IMG/VR virus record: IMGVR_UViG_3300028920_000026 | Location: 64,001 to 128,000 of that record | DNA length: 64,000 nucleotides | Direction: 5' to 3' (one strand) | Source of the DNA: a virus | In this document: piece by piece, positions 43,038 through 54,500 of the stretch | How positions within the stretch are numbered: position 1 is the first letter of the stretch | Layout of the letters: every line of letters starts with the position of its first letter | Program-made: the position numbers and the translations under genes | Notes under the pieces: model-generated | The model's database searches: none | What the model was told of the DNA's origin: nothing | The model's input: only the letters and a program-made list of their open reading frames with translations

Positions 43038-43253
43038 ATGGAAATTTACATCGAGATTCCGCCTCCTGTCATACTATGTGGTCTTAGACCCTGGCGTAGG
43101 CACCATCTTTGCCTTGGTCAGGACAAGCGTGTCGCTCGTCGCACATGGCGACGAAACCTCAACATGATCATGAAGAGGATGACACATGATCCCGAGACGT
43201 ACTACGACGAAGGTTTCAACGTGCATACACTGACATCATGGGACGTAGACTAA
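43038..43253 (+). CDS. hypothetical small protein
   Basis: 71-aa ORF with RBS-like GGAGCTAGAAGAATG. Confidence 0.3.
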   Translation: MEIYIEIPPPVILCGLRPWRRHHLCLGQDKRVARRTWRRNLNMIMKRMTHDPETYYDEGFNVHTLTSWDVD

Positions 43254-43526
43254 TGCTCTCCTTGCTCATATCGGCGCCGGTGATCCCGGCAGATAGGCAA
43301 GGAGAGCATGAATCACAAATGCAAGCGCCCCAAGAACCGACGAGCCGGATGCCTGATGTGTAGTAAACTACACAAGGCGAACGGATGCAAGCGTTCGAAG
43401 CACAACCTGCTGCCTCGCAACAGGAAAAGCTTCATCAATAAACGTGAACAGCTCATCGAGTGTACATCTTGATCCAGTGTATTATGTCTGTAACAGGACG
43501 GTTACATACTGATCCAAGGAGTCAAG

Positions 43527-43739
43527 TTGCTACGTATCTTCGATGTTCTGTGTAAATCACATTCGAGAAACGATGCAGCCGTCGTACTGACGAGCGCTCG
43601 AATCAGGCGTGAGTTGCCTCACGTACGAAACGTTGCTGCCGACCACCGGCGGAACGTCCTGACAGTGGGATGTTCGTTAGACGATGCCGAACTCATAGCG
43701 CTGATGCGCGAAAACGTTGAGTTAACGACTGCTCGTTGA
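43527..43739 (+). CDS. hypothetical small protein
   Basis: 70-aa ORF (TTG start). Confidence 0.25.
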   Translation: MLRIFDVLCKSHSRNDAAVVLTSARIRRELPHVRNVAADHRRNVLTVGCSLDDAELIALMRENVELTTAR

Positions 43740-44035
43740 TACAGAAATGTAACAAAACCGGAATAGGTATGTTACAGAAAGGAGGTGACTCCAAATGATG
43801 GAAGTTGTCATTTGCGCAAGCATGATCCCGAGCCTTGGCGTTCTCATAGCACAGATCTATGAGGCATTCAAGAGATAGAGGCCGTGGCACTCCTGGTCGG
43901 GGTCGGGCGTCTTATACACGTCTGCGTTAAAGGGTTCAATTCCCTTGCGGTCTACAACGACTCGGCCGAGTCGTTGTCGATAGTGAAAAATCATCAAACG
44001 CAAGAAATCCGATGATTTTGCGTACAGCTCCGCGG

Positions 44036-44554
44036 TCATGACATGACAACTCTGATGATTGTAAACTTGACGTCATGTCTACGCGATGAGAGCGCCTTCA
44101 TACATCTGATCTGTCTGTCAGAGTCCTCAAAGTAGCGAACGCTTGAGATTTCCATCTCATCGATGAGCGTCTCGAGGAACGCAGCCTTTCCTCCAGGACC
44201 GTCTGCTTCGGGTCCGATTGCATAGACCTTGACGTCAGGCATGTTGTAGAGGTCAAGGAACTCCTTTGGACCCGTGGTGGAGCTGCGAGCGGTAAGGATG
44301 ATGAGGCTATTGGCACCATCATTGTTGTAGCGTTCCTTTGCGATCCTCAACACTGTCCAGTTCGTTTCGTGCGCATCGTCTAGGCGATTGAACTGTGTAA
44401 CGTCATAGTCGTACTTTTCATTGTCCGGTAAGTGTGTTCGCCACTCGGACGAGTTCATCCAAACCTCTGAACCTGTCGTCTTATCGACAGCCTTGACCAT
44501 CGAGTGTGTCCTGCAGAGGGTATCGTCGAAGTCAAATACATCGAGGTGAGTCAT
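44036..44554 (-). CDS. HAD-superfamily phosphatase (Pnkp phosphatase-domain-like)
   Basis: Start MTHLDVFDFDDTLC (DxDxT motif I), LIILTAR (motif II), YFEDSD (motif IV). Divergent from the adjacent RNA ligase gene. Confidence 0.65.
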   Translation of the reverse strand: MTHLDVFDFDDTLCRTHSMVKAVDKTTGSEVWMNSSEWRTHLPDNEKYDYDVTQFNRLDDAHETNWTVLRIAKERYNNDGANSLIILTARSSTTGPKEFLDLYNMPDVKVYAIGPEADGPGGKAAFLETLIDEMEISSVRYFEDSDRQIRCMKALSSRRHDVKFTIIRVVMS

Positions 44555-44760
44555 GATAACATCAATCTTAATATATGATGTCGCAGAGTTCAAATGCTGT
44601 GTTTATGGCTGGGCATTTTGCATCGACGAAAGCGCAAAGTCGTATGCCACAACCTCAAAGACACGACCTCGACCGAACCCAGCCGGAACAGAGATTCTTT
44701 TGGTTCCAATGAACACTGTCACAAATACACCTGATGTAACTAGGGGATAGTATCACCATC

Positions 44761-46002
44761 ATGGCTAGCCCACATGTAATCGAGTACCTGCGTACGCACA
44801 CGCTCTACGAACTGTATGAAAATCATGGCGTAAAGTTTCGTGTTGATGCGTTACGTACAAAGATCAGCCTGAACTATGATCAGCTGAAGCTTAAGGCAGG
44901 AGACATCATTGCAGAGTGTTGCCGCGGGCTCATCATTAGGCCAGACTTTGTTTGTAGGTTCGGCAGTGGAAGACTTCCTGCCGACGACGCAGCACTTGAA
45001 CACATGAAGCTCGGACAGTGCCACGTTGTTTCGCGTCCGATGGACAAGTTCTATAACTACGGTGAACATGGCACAGCAGATGTTGATCAGTCGACGATGA
45101 ATGTGCTCGAAAAGCTCGACGATACGATGTGTCACCTATACTTCGACAGGTTCTTAGGCCAGTGGTGCGTGGCAACGCGGTCGATTCCAGATGCTGATCT
45201 ACCCATCAGGCAGGGAGACATCGTCCTCAGCAACAAGACGTTCTCTGACGTCTTTTGGGAAGCGTTTGATGCAACCGTCAAGGCCCGATGTTCATCACGA
45301 GCTGACGCGTTGGATGACTTGATGGTGGGTTATACGTACGTCTTTGAGCTGACAACGCCACAGAATCGAATTGTTGTCAAGTACGACGAATCAAAGGTTA
45401 CGCTCATCGCAGTCCGGCAGACGCGAACAGGCCAGGAACTAAACATCTTCATCGATCATAGGGTGCGTCAGCTTCCATTCCCTCGACCTCGTACATGGCA
45501 CCTCAACGATCCTATTGCCATAGCGGCGCGTGCGGATTCGTTTGATCCGACGAAACTCGAAGGATTTGTTACAATTGATAACAAATTTAGACGTGTTAAG
45601 ATCAAGAACTCGCTGTGGGCCTCCTCATCAAAGATGAAGGACAGCGCAACAAACTCAAAGCGCAACGCCGTGCTCGCAGCGTTCAAAGGTACACTTGACG
45701 ATATCATGCCACTTGTGGACGATGAATCACGTGAATACCTAATGAAGGTCAAGGAAGGCATACGTGAGTACGTTGACGCAACACAGATCATGTACAACCG
45801 GTTCGCAGAACAGTGTGAGCCTGGAGACTACAAGACATTCGCGTCTCTCGTAAACGCTGCCCAACCTCCGATACACGCTGCATACTTCATGACGTTCAGG
45901 GGTCGGTGTAAGAACGTGCGTGAGTTTTTTGACCAGGCGACGGCGAACGGACGTTTGACTCGCAAGACCCTCGACGTGATTATTCAACACCTTGGGCTGT
46001 AG
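44761..46002 (+). CDS. RNA ligase 1 (RnlA)-like protein with variant motif I (KLDD)
   Basis: VLEKLDDTMCHLY at the motif I position (KxDG with G to D). EGFVTIDNKFRRVKIKN resembles nucleotidyltransferase motifs IV/V. 413 aa. Confidence 0.55.
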   Translation: MASPHVIEYLRTHTLYELYENHGVKFRVDALRTKISLNYDQLKLKAGDIIAECCRGLIIRPDFVCRFGSGRLPADDAALEHMKLGQCHVVSRPMDKFYNYGEHGTADVDQSTMNVLEKLDDTMCHLYFDRFLGQWCVATRSIPDADLPIRQGDIVLSNKTFSDVFWEAFDATVKARCSSRADALDDLMVGYTYVFELTTPQNRIVVKYDESKVTLIAVRQTRTGQELNIFIDHRVRQLPFPRPRTWHLNDPIAIAARADSFDPTKLEGFVTIDNKFRRVKIKNSLWASSSKMKDSATNSKRNAVLAAFKGTLDDIMPLVDDESREYLMKVKEGIREYVDATQIMYNRFAEQCEPGDYKTFASLVNAAQPPIHAAYFMTFRGRCKNVREFFDQATANGRLTRKTLDVIIQHLGL

Positions 46003-46004
46003 CC

Positions 46005-46454
46005 ATGGTCTACCAGAACAGGTTTATTCTAGCGGCCCTTCGAGCGGTACGAGAGACTGGTTTTGACCCTCGTCTAAAGGCACATGTGGGTGCTGTCATC
46101 ACACGTGGTGGCTCGATCATAAGCGTTGCTACGAATACGTACGGGACCGATCCCTATACGCTGGCTCGTACAGAGAACGGATACGTAGACTCTGTGCATG
46201 CCGAGGTGAACGCGATCATGCGAGTCCGCCACAAGGTTGATCTTGATGGGACCAAAATGTGGGTTGTACGCCTGACAAAACCAAATCCAGATCTTTTAAC
46301 TGACAGTATGATTGCTCTTGCAGAACCTTGCAACGTATGCAAGAACGTGATCATGCGACATGGTATCAGGCGTGTATATTACACGATTGACGAACAGACA
46401 ACAGCGTGTTGGCGAGTTCCACGAATTGACGTACCGCGCAAACATCGACCTTAA
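46005..46454 (+). CDS. CMP/dCMP-type zinc deaminase (ComEB/Cd-like; TadA-like function not excluded)
   Basis: HAEVNAI ... PCNVCKNVIMRHGIRRVYY zinc-binding H(A)E / PCxxC signature with the GIxxVxY tail typical of dCMP deaminases. Confidence 0.65.
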   Translation: MVYQNRFILAALRAVRETGFDPRLKAHVGAVITRGGSIISVATNTYGTDPYTLARTENGYVDSVHAEVNAIMRVRHKVDLDGTKMWVVRLTKPNPDLLTDSMIALAEPCNVCKNVIMRHGIRRVYYTIDEQTTACWRVPRIDVPRKHRP

Positions 46455-47320
46455 AAGGTATAATTGTACCATCCTCTAACAACATATTCACGTATTTCAG
46501 CTTCTGACAGCGCACGTGAAATGATACGTACATCTTCGATTCGTCCTTGAAAATTTCGATCTGTTCTGTCTGGTGGGCCACCGATACACCACCCCCATGT
46601 TGTTGGATTTGCCCACGATAAAGTACCAGCTGTCGCACTACGCCCTATTAACGTTCCGTTAATGAATCCATATTGGCCATTTGTGTCTGATACATGTGCA
46701 ATGTGATACCACTTATTTGCACCGTTTGTCCAATCGCTAATTGTTCCAAGTGTAGCCTGTGAGCTATTCTTTCGACAGATAAAGTTTCCTGAACTATCAA
46801 TACCACCACCAATCGTATTTGACGGATACGAATTGTTTGCGCGCCAAACAATAATTCCCCATGTTCCTTGCGACGTTGTTGTTGGATAAATCCACGCCAT
46901 CCACGTAAGTTCGTCCCAACCGGTAAGATTTGAGCTCAATGGTGCTTGTAGCTGAGCCGCTTGAAACAACATTGATTTATCAATCATTCCATCTTGAGAC
47001 GGTGTCACCGTTCCCGCATCAACCGACCATTCAGATTCGCCAGCAGAACCACGATTTGTAACAGTCGTAGATGATTCATTTAAATAAATGGCGATGACAT
47101 GATCATCATCGAGCGAAACCCTGGGCGCTGTGTCCTTTGACACAGCCTCGACGATTGTTGAATGAGCTATAATCGTTTCAGGAGCGTAGTTTCCTGCTAT
47201 ATCGGGTGAACTATGCGTCCATGTGATCTTTTGGTACGTACTTTGAGAAATAGCACGCATCTTGTACGTTGTAAGTGGAAGCATCGTGTTACGTGATCCT
47301 GAACATTTCTGCAATGACAA
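46451..47320 (-). CDS. LamG-like (concanavalin A-like lectin) domain protein, probable receptor-binding or tail-fibre tip
   Basis: WMAWIYP ... GIIVW ... FQGRIEDVRIISRALSEAEI jelly-roll LamG signature. AT-rich compared with flanks. Confidence 0.55.
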   Translation of the reverse strand: MSLQKCSGSRNTMLPLTTYKMRAISQSTYQKITWTHSSPDIAGNYAPETIIAHSTIVEAVSKDTAPRVSLDDDHVIAIYLNESSTTVTNRGSAGESEWSVDAGTVTPSQDGMIDKSMLFQAAQLQAPLSSNLTGWDELTWMAWIYPTTTSQGTWGIIVWRANNSYPSNTIGGGIDSSGNFICRKNSSQATLGTISDWTNGANKWYHIAHVSDTNGQYGFINGTLIGRSATAGTLSWANPTTWGWCIGGPPDRTDRNFQGRIEDVRIISRALSEAEIREYVVRGWYNYTF

Positions 47321-47903
47321 AGTGAGAAGAACCTGAGGGTTCCAAAGAAATCTGGCCCTCGTATATACACGATCCTGTGTTCAATAGAACGCCTGTTGAT
47401 AATAGTGTCTTTGTTTCTGACTGTGTCGTAAGGAGACACAGCTGTTCTTCTGTCGTAAAATTGAATAAACGAAACGATCCAGTATAAGAACTTGTTGACA
47501 CATGACCGATAACTTCAAACGTCTTGGAAAGTGTGGAAAGATTCGATCCGTCAACATGTATGCTGCCTACAGTAAACCATCCATCTTGTTCATATGTTGT
47601 TACACCATTGTGAAGATGTAATACGTCAAATGATCCTGAACCAGAAGACACACTCCCAGTGATTGAAGCAATATTATTTGCAAAGTTGATGGTGATATTT
47701 GGACCGGGAGTTAACACAAATGCATTTGGTAAAGAACCAGTCGTTGCAGCGACAATAAATTGAGCATTAGCGTCTCCTGTTCCGCCTCCTCCCACACCTT
47801 GAATTGAACTAGTTGGAACAAGTTGCCACTGTTTAATATCATTTAAAAAAATCCACAGATGTGGTTCAACCACATCTGGTTCACCAAGATATGGATTTCC
47901 CAT
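47289..47903 (-). CDS. tail-fibre-like structural protein
   Basis: 204-aa Gly/Ser/Thr-rich ORF in the AT-rich cassette. Confidence 0.5.
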   Translation of the reverse strand: MGNPYLGEPDVVEPHLWIFLNDIKQWQLVPTSSIQGVGGGGTGDANAQFIVAATTGSLPNAFVLTPGPNITINFANNIASITGSVSSGSGSFDVLHLHNGVTTYEQDGWFTVGSIHVDGSNLSTLSKTFEVIGHVSTSSYTGSFRLFNFTTEEQLCLLTTQSETKTLLSTGVLLNTGSCIYEGQISLEPSGSSHFVIAEMFRIT

Positions 47904-48751
47904 TAGAAATACTTTCGAGTCGTAATAAACAGTTTATGTACTTGTTTATTCGATAAAATTTTATTGTACATAAGAAACATTCCAATGTCATAATATTCTG
48001 AAATTGATGTTTCTGCGCCGTGACCAAAAAAAATTGAATCTAACGGTCTTTGCGAGAAGGTTCCAGTACCAGAACTTTGAACAGTAAGAGCTTGAGGTAC
48101 ACCGTTATGCCAGATGTAGCTATTGGTATAATCGCTGGCGATACAGATAAATTGCATAGATTCCGGCCCAAACGTCAATACTGGATTTGTGGTATAAACG
48201 ATGTGATCGTTGCCAGACATATTGAAATGCAGGTACAAACGCGCAGGGTCTGTGTCATCATCTGGATGTACTCGTAGACGAAAACCATCAACCTGAGAGA
48301 ATATTCTAACATGGTGACGATCGGCTGCGTTTGTAGGAACAGGTCGAATCCAAATGCACCATGTTTTACCGCCAGTAAACATGCGTGTTTCAAAAAAATC
48401 TTTCATCCATTGAAACGAAGGGAGCGTTGTTGTACGCAATCCATAGAACGATTCTGGACTGCTGCTACGTGTACTAATCAGCTTAACTTTTTCGTTGTTT
48501 GAATTGTTATATGTTGATACTTGCGCTGCTTTGTTTGTGATTCCTAAAAATTTTAGGAAATCTGTAATGTTTTCGTTGTTTGCAACGAGTTGTTTTCGTG
48601 CGATGTTATGCACGAAAAGACTGGATGTGCCTTCATCAACGGTTCGAGGTACGTCTGGGAGACACATATCACTGTTGGGATCAGTAAATACGCATAATCC
48701 ATCAGGATCTATACGAATCTGCCCGGTCGATTGCATCAGATGCTCCTCCAT
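47903..48751 (-). CDS. LamG-like domain protein
   Basis: WCIWIRPVP ... IVYT ... DIGMFLMYNKILSNKQVHKLF LamG-like core. Confidence 0.55.
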   Translation of the reverse strand: MEEHLMQSTGQIRIDPDGLCVFTDPNSDMCLPDVPRTVDEGTSSLFVHNIARKQLVANNENITDFLKFLGITNKAAQVSTYNNSNNEKVKLISTRSSSPESFYGLRTTTLPSFQWMKDFFETRMFTGGKTWCIWIRPVPTNAADRHHVRIFSQVDGFRLRVHPDDDTDPARLYLHFNMSGNDHIVYTTNPVLTFGPESMQFICIASDYTNSYIWHNGVPQALTVQSSGTGTFSQRPLDSIFFGHGAETSISEYYDIGMFLMYNKILSNKQVHKLFITTRKYF

Positions 48752-51564
48752 ACATTGTTTGTAAAATCTCGAATTAGCTCGATACCTGCGTTTGCAGGTA
48801 TAATTTTGTCATTTGAAAAAAGAAATCTATTTTCAATAGCAGACCCTGTGTTATTGTTTTTTAGGCTAAAACTAGCACTTGATACATTGAAAAGCGTTCT
48901 TCGTCTATCTGATGGCGTAGCATATGATGCATCAAGACCTGTGATTTCATATGTGCCCGTTGATTGTACGTTGATAAACAAAACAGTTGCGTCAATTGGC
49001 GTATATGATAAATCATTCGTTATCAATGTTGTCAATATACATGTGGCCTCGTTTGTATATACGGGCGATGAAACGCCACGTAATCCATTGACGTAAACAT
49101 TTTTCCACCACTCATGGTTACGAGCAACGTTTGATACACGAATATCGTTTAGTTTGGCATCTAAACTAGATGAACCGTCAGGAAGACCACCTACTGCCCA
49201 CCATCCACCACTCACAAAATCAATAGAACCTGTAAGCGGTTTGCTACAGATGAAGTCTCCATTTTGGTAGACGTTTATCGCGCTACCTGTAACGGTGAAT
49301 CCTACGAGGTTCCACGCGTTTAGACGAAGTGATCGGTCCGTCGATAGTTGTAGCAGGTTTTCGTTATTCGCTGTTGAGCGTATTTGAACGTACAACGAAG
49401 CAAACGCGCCAGAGAGACCCATCGCAAGAGGCGGATTAGGCTCAGGAGCACCGGTTACGGCGTTCTTTTGGACAATGATTCCTTCGGCCAATGTATATGG
49501 CCAGATCCATCCAGAAACTGTGAATCCGTCTGTACCTTCGTGTGGTTGGGCCGCGCCACTTCCTGTCGCAAAGCTCGTAGATCCAGAAAACTCTACCGCA
49601 TAGTCAAAGACTCCTGCTTTGTAGAAGTTGATGTTCGAACCCGTGATGTCAGCAAGCGATCCACTCGATCCATAGTTTGTGATCAACGTACCAGAACGCT
49701 CATTGATCCTCCAAACGATGATATCATCAGCGTCTTGAGGTTGTCTTCGTGACCCAGTCGACAGCGCGTTTGTGATGACAATCGAACCGCTTGGGCCTTC
49801 ATCAGAGATAGAGATTCCCGCCCCACCATAAATGGCGCGAGCATTCGGCAGGCTTCCGGTGTGTTGGACTACGACGTACGATGCGTTCTTGTCACCGTCT
49901 CCTGTACCTGTTCCTCCTCCGATCGCGCCTGAGATGTACAGGTGCCACTGATCACCGAACACCTCGGCAACGATCCCGTTGGATGCCGTGAAGAACGGTA
50001 CTCCTGATGAGACCTCAGTTAGTGATCCTGTAAACGTTCCAGAGACGGGCCCTGTGAACGTTGCACCTGAGATCGTTGCAACGATTCCATCGTTTATGTC
50101 AAGGTCGATCGACGAACCTGCACCGTTGTCGGTAATCGTGACACCGCTGCTTGTGAGAACATTCAGGTATCGTTCGTTCGGAAGCGACGCCGTATTTGCG
50201 CCAACAAGGATGAACGTTGCCTCACGATCGGCACCTAAATTTGGCGCTGAAATTGTGATTTGACCACTTGAAGCGCTTGTGATGCCGACATTAGCACCCG
50301 CAACGAGGTATGATGTTCCATTCGGAAGCTTTGTAATCGAACCTGACAACCCGCACCAGAAATATGCATTTGATCGAATATGCGTATTCTGATCAGACAA
50401 CACTTCAAAATATGGAAAGCCGGAAGCATCACTAATATAGAAAAGCGTGCCACTAAACGAGTCTACAAATGATGCGATTGTTCCACTTGGTCCAACATAC
50501 CTGACTTCTGAGAACTCCTGTGACGCTGTTACGAGAGGTATCCAACTTGACGTCTGAACGATCTGCGTTGTTCCATACCTGATCGACCCGGAGAAGACAG
50601 CATCACCACCAAAGACAGCAAACTGCGCCGACGTGTTGTTGATTCCACGCGTTCCGCCCACGTAGAAATACGCGTTTGCGCCGTAGCTTCCAGCAAAGTT
50701 TCCAATCGGATCGATTGAGATCGTACCTGTCGTACGCATGTTGTCGTTGCTACCGATCCACGTTGCGCGGTCACCACCGCCGTCCTCAATGATCGAGATG
50801 CGACCATCAGACTGCACAGTAAGTGATGGAAGGTGATACGTACCTGAGGCTCCTGGAATGTCTGGGAGTGATCCGTTTGATGCAGCAGTAACTCGACCAA
50901 ACGAATCTACAGTGATGTTTGCGAGCGTGTACGATCCATCTGCGTTAGTTGTATCTAATCCAAGGACAATGTTGCTGCTTGGGCCGTTGTCTATAAGCGT
51001 AAGTTGACCAGCGTTGACATCAAGTGTCCTTTGGTTTGTAAACACATTTTCTGAGTTCACTGTAATGAATGATGCGCTGAGGAGAGTTGACCCTACTCCG
51101 CTACCACCCGTAACGAGAACTTGCCATCTGTCTACGTTCCAGAAAACAGCAAGTGAATTGTAGTTTTCATCTATCGTGATTGCATATGTTTGACCTACCT
51201 GAACCGTTCCTTCCTGTGTAGTGATGATGATCGGGTTGTCAAATGCAGTTCCGGCATAATCTTTGATAAAAATGACTTGCCCATCGCGCGCCTTTGATGG
51301 AAGCCAGACTGTCGCAGTTGTTTCCGATTGGTTATCAATTTCGACTATCGTGTCATCGTTCGTAAGGCTTCCTGTCTGTGTAGCTACCGTAAGTGTTATG
51401 CGACGTGGCTTGAGCGCAAACCTACCTAGGACATGAAGTTCAGAGGGATCGTTAAGTGTACCGATTTGCGTGTTCGATGGGATAACAACGCGGCTTATCC
51501 TGTCTTTATTAACATCTTTGATAAACAGGAATGGTGATTTGTCTCTTTCAGCCTTCGTTGTCAT
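48736..51564 (-). CDS. large tail-fibre or baseplate-associated structural protein (942 aa)
   Basis: Long Gly/Ser/Thr/Asn-rich beta-structure sequence with C-terminal LamG-like segment (WWAVGGLPDGSSSLDAKLNDIRVSNVARNHEWW). Confidence 0.6.
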   Translation of the reverse strand: MTTKAERDKSPFLFIKDVNKDRISRVVIPSNTQIGTLNDPSELHVLGRFALKPRRITLTVATQTGSLTNDDTIVEIDNQSETTATVWLPSKARDGQVIFIKDYAGTAFDNPIIITTQEGTVQVGQTYAITIDENYNSLAVFWNVDRWQVLVTGGSGVGSTLLSASFITVNSENVFTNQRTLDVNAGQLTLIDNGPSSNIVLGLDTTNADGSYTLANITVDSFGRVTAASNGSLPDIPGASGTYHLPSLTVQSDGRISIIEDGGGDRATWIGSNDNMRTTGTISIDPIGNFAGSYGANAYFYVGGTRGINNTSAQFAVFGGDAVFSGSIRYGTTQIVQTSSWIPLVTASQEFSEVRYVGPSGTIASFVDSFSGTLFYISDASGFPYFEVLSDQNTHIRSNAYFWCGLSGSITKLPNGTSYLVAGANVGITSASSGQITISAPNLGADREATFILVGANTASLPNERYLNVLTSSGVTITDNGAGSSIDLDINDGIVATISGATFTGPVSGTFTGSLTEVSSGVPFFTASNGIVAEVFGDQWHLYISGAIGGGTGTGDGDKNASYVVVQHTGSLPNARAIYGGAGISISDEGPSGSIVITNALSTGSRRQPQDADDIIVWRINERSGTLITNYGSSGSLADITGSNINFYKAGVFDYAVEFSGSTSFATGSGAAQPHEGTDGFTVSGWIWPYTLAEGIIVQKNAVTGAPEPNPPLAMGLSGAFASLYVQIRSTANNENLLQLSTDRSLRLNAWNLVGFTVTGSAINVYQNGDFICSKPLTGSIDFVSGGWWAVGGLPDGSSSLDAKLNDIRVSNVARNHEWWKNVYVNGLRGVSSPVYTNEATCILTTLITNDLSYTPIDATVLFINVQSTGTYEITGLDASYATPSDRRRTLFNVSSASFSLKNNNTGSAIENRFLFSNDKIIPANAGIELIRDFTNNVWRSI

Positions 51565-51597
51565 TAGCGCACTCTATCTATGATTTCGACTCAATGA

Positions 51598-54500
51598 TCA
51601 GATGGTCAAGTTATTGTTTTCATCAGTAGAGAATGTTGTGATTGCCTGATTCAGCGCATTGACGTTGATATCAGGTCTGTTTGTTGCAATCCCGTCGATA
51701 TAAGGCATGCTCGACGTCGCAGCATAGCTAAGGTTTGATGACCACGTATTATCAGGCGATGTGAGTCGTCCGGTGATCGGATTGATGAACCTAATGTAGA
51801 CGGGTCCCGGTCGAGGTAGCTTTGTCTTTGTACCAAACCTTCGACGTAGCCTTTTGAATCTACGGCGTGTATTTTCGTTTATACCAGCACTTTGGTTGAT
51901 GCCTTGCAAAGACCCATAGTATGCAGCAAAGGGTCTTTGCTCGAGCATGTCCCTAAACTGTCCGTATTTATTTCGTCTGAACACACATGATGAATTTGTT
52001 GGAATTCCACTGAGCAGACCATACTTCCACCCTCGAATCTCTGGATGCAGGCAGAATGTATATCCTGTGCCGGGCGAATGTGGCACACGTGGGAAGGGTG
52101 AATGAGTTGTTCCAGCAACGTCCGTAGCAGTGTTAGGCGGTGAACCATCATATTCAATATCAGGACGAACGTAGCCATTTATTATCTCGTTTGCGGCACC
52201 AGTGTAGCTATTATAGTCACCGAATCCGTACATAACCATTAACGCATCATCGTCTGATAGTGGGCGAATGTTTGAAAACGAAAATACATCGCTGTACTGA
52301 TCAGAGAACCATCGTCCGAATACGCTCCACGAACTACGGTACCAGACACCACCAGCCCAAACGGTGATGCCTGCAACAGGTACAATCGAATCTAGCGTTT
52401 CGAGTTCTGTTGGCGAGAACTTGATCAGGTATCGTACCGCGTATGCAGCAATGATGTTATCAAGACGTTGGATACCTGCATAGTGAGGTTCAAATGGATA
52501 GCTCCAGGACCAACGCTTGTCTGTAACATCATTCCAGAACTTGTTGACGTCCCAAAGCCACATCGCGCCGGCATACTCGTACCCTTCACCGATTCCAAGT
52601 GCTGCTCCATTTTTTGCTGCGCATGCCCTTGGATCGGGGACAAGACTGTCCCAAAACGTTTCATCATCAGAGACATGTCGAACATTTCTTAGGAGTCCTG
52701 CAACCTCGTACTGCTTTGTAAGTCTAATCGATTTGTAACCGTCTTGGATGAAACCATTATCGTGTGACGCTTGTGTAACACTAAACGCAACTTCTTTGTT
52801 ATTTTGAGTGAAGACGTCTGTTTCGCTCGTCCTTGCGTATTTTGGTTTCAATTCAAGAAGTGAACCTGTCACAAAAGAGTCATCGAATGTACCAGAGAAT
52901 ATTCGTCTATCGACGACTTCGAACTGATCAAGGACTGGGTTGTCTTTGATGATCTCATGGATGCCGTCTGAATCGAGCGGCTGACTTAGAGTATCATGAA
53001 ATTCTTTGGAATTTTGAACATGACTACCAAATAATGTGATCTTAACAGATGAACCTGATGGGATTTTGATGTCGTGCCAATCTTCGTTGTAGAAGTAATT
53101 CTCATCAAGCGAAACGTCTGCTGTTGTATAGACACGAGGTCGAGTCTTGCTTATGGCAAGAACGATCTGCTGTCCTGGAAATACAAGGTATGGGCTGTTC
53201 CTATATTTCAATAATGAGATAGGATGTGTCAGAATAAAGTTGTCGTTCGTAGAAATAATGTTTTCGATCGCGGCAGGTGGTGATGTACCAAAAAAGAATT
53301 TGTTTTCAATCTTATTGACATTTTTTTTCGTTTCGTGCTCACGTCCGAAAATCGACTGTCCAGAACTTTCAAATCCAGTTTGACTTCTACCAAAGTTATT
53401 AACCCAACTATTCCTAAAGATCGATCCGCTTTGTGTGGTACCATTGCTTGTTACAGAGTTTTTGATCTTAATCTCAGGTTGTGCGATAAAATCTCTGACG
53501 AGTGCTCTGTTTTCAGAGGAAATTGTTAGATTTGCATCGCGGCGCAAGGTAGCGTAAATACCATTAGAGATCATTGCTGTCGTTAGCATTCTGACGCTAC
53601 CGGTAAACATCGTACCACTCGTGTTGGGTTCGACGTATGCTGCGGCACATCCTCCGATCCCATCGAACCCTTCAATGTACATTTGTGCTGTATTGGGAGA
53701 GAATGTTGAGTCTTCAAAAATGACGTTCGATCCAGAATCGCCCGTATGTGTAAATGTTGCAGAAAGAATAAGATCTCTACGACGTTCTTCGCCAAATCGT
53801 AACTGATTGAACAAGGCAACGGTGACAGCAGGGCCGCCCATGTCAACGTATGATCCATATTGCGTTGTTAACGCTCCGATCGGTTGGAATACACGCGTTT
53901 TATCTTCAAACCACTTTGGTCCTGCTTCGATCGGTAATTCAATGATTGCCTTTTCAATGAGAAAAGGCTGAACAATTGGAAGCGTAAACGTTTCAAGCTG
54001 TGACGCATCATAGTCTGCATTTATGCATATGCTTTTTCCATACTCTGTTTGAATTGCGTCAGTGTATGATCTTCCAGAGAACATGTCATTGATATTTGAA
54101 TCTGTTTGACCAGCCGCAGCCAACAAACCGCCGCTTGCAAGCGTTCCATTCGCCGAACCACTAACGATGACATTTCCGATAGGACCAAACCCACGATAGT
54201 CTTCTGGGACTGCGTGTCTGTTTGAATCGTTACGGGCAAACCTGTTGTCAAGAGCTGTAATTGAATCAACTTCGCCATTCTCATCAAATGCGTATGATAC
54301 ACCCTTCTGATAGAACTGTTTAAACTTTGCATCGTAGTACAGAATTGAGCTTGTTGTTTCAAGCATTCGAGTCGTATATTCGATTGGAAATTCGAGCTTT
54401 AACTGCGTTTTTGACCAGATCGGTTGATCAAATCCGTTTAGATCGTCTGGATTTGATCCTGTCGCAAAGAACGCATATTCTGCTTGATTGAAAACAATGC

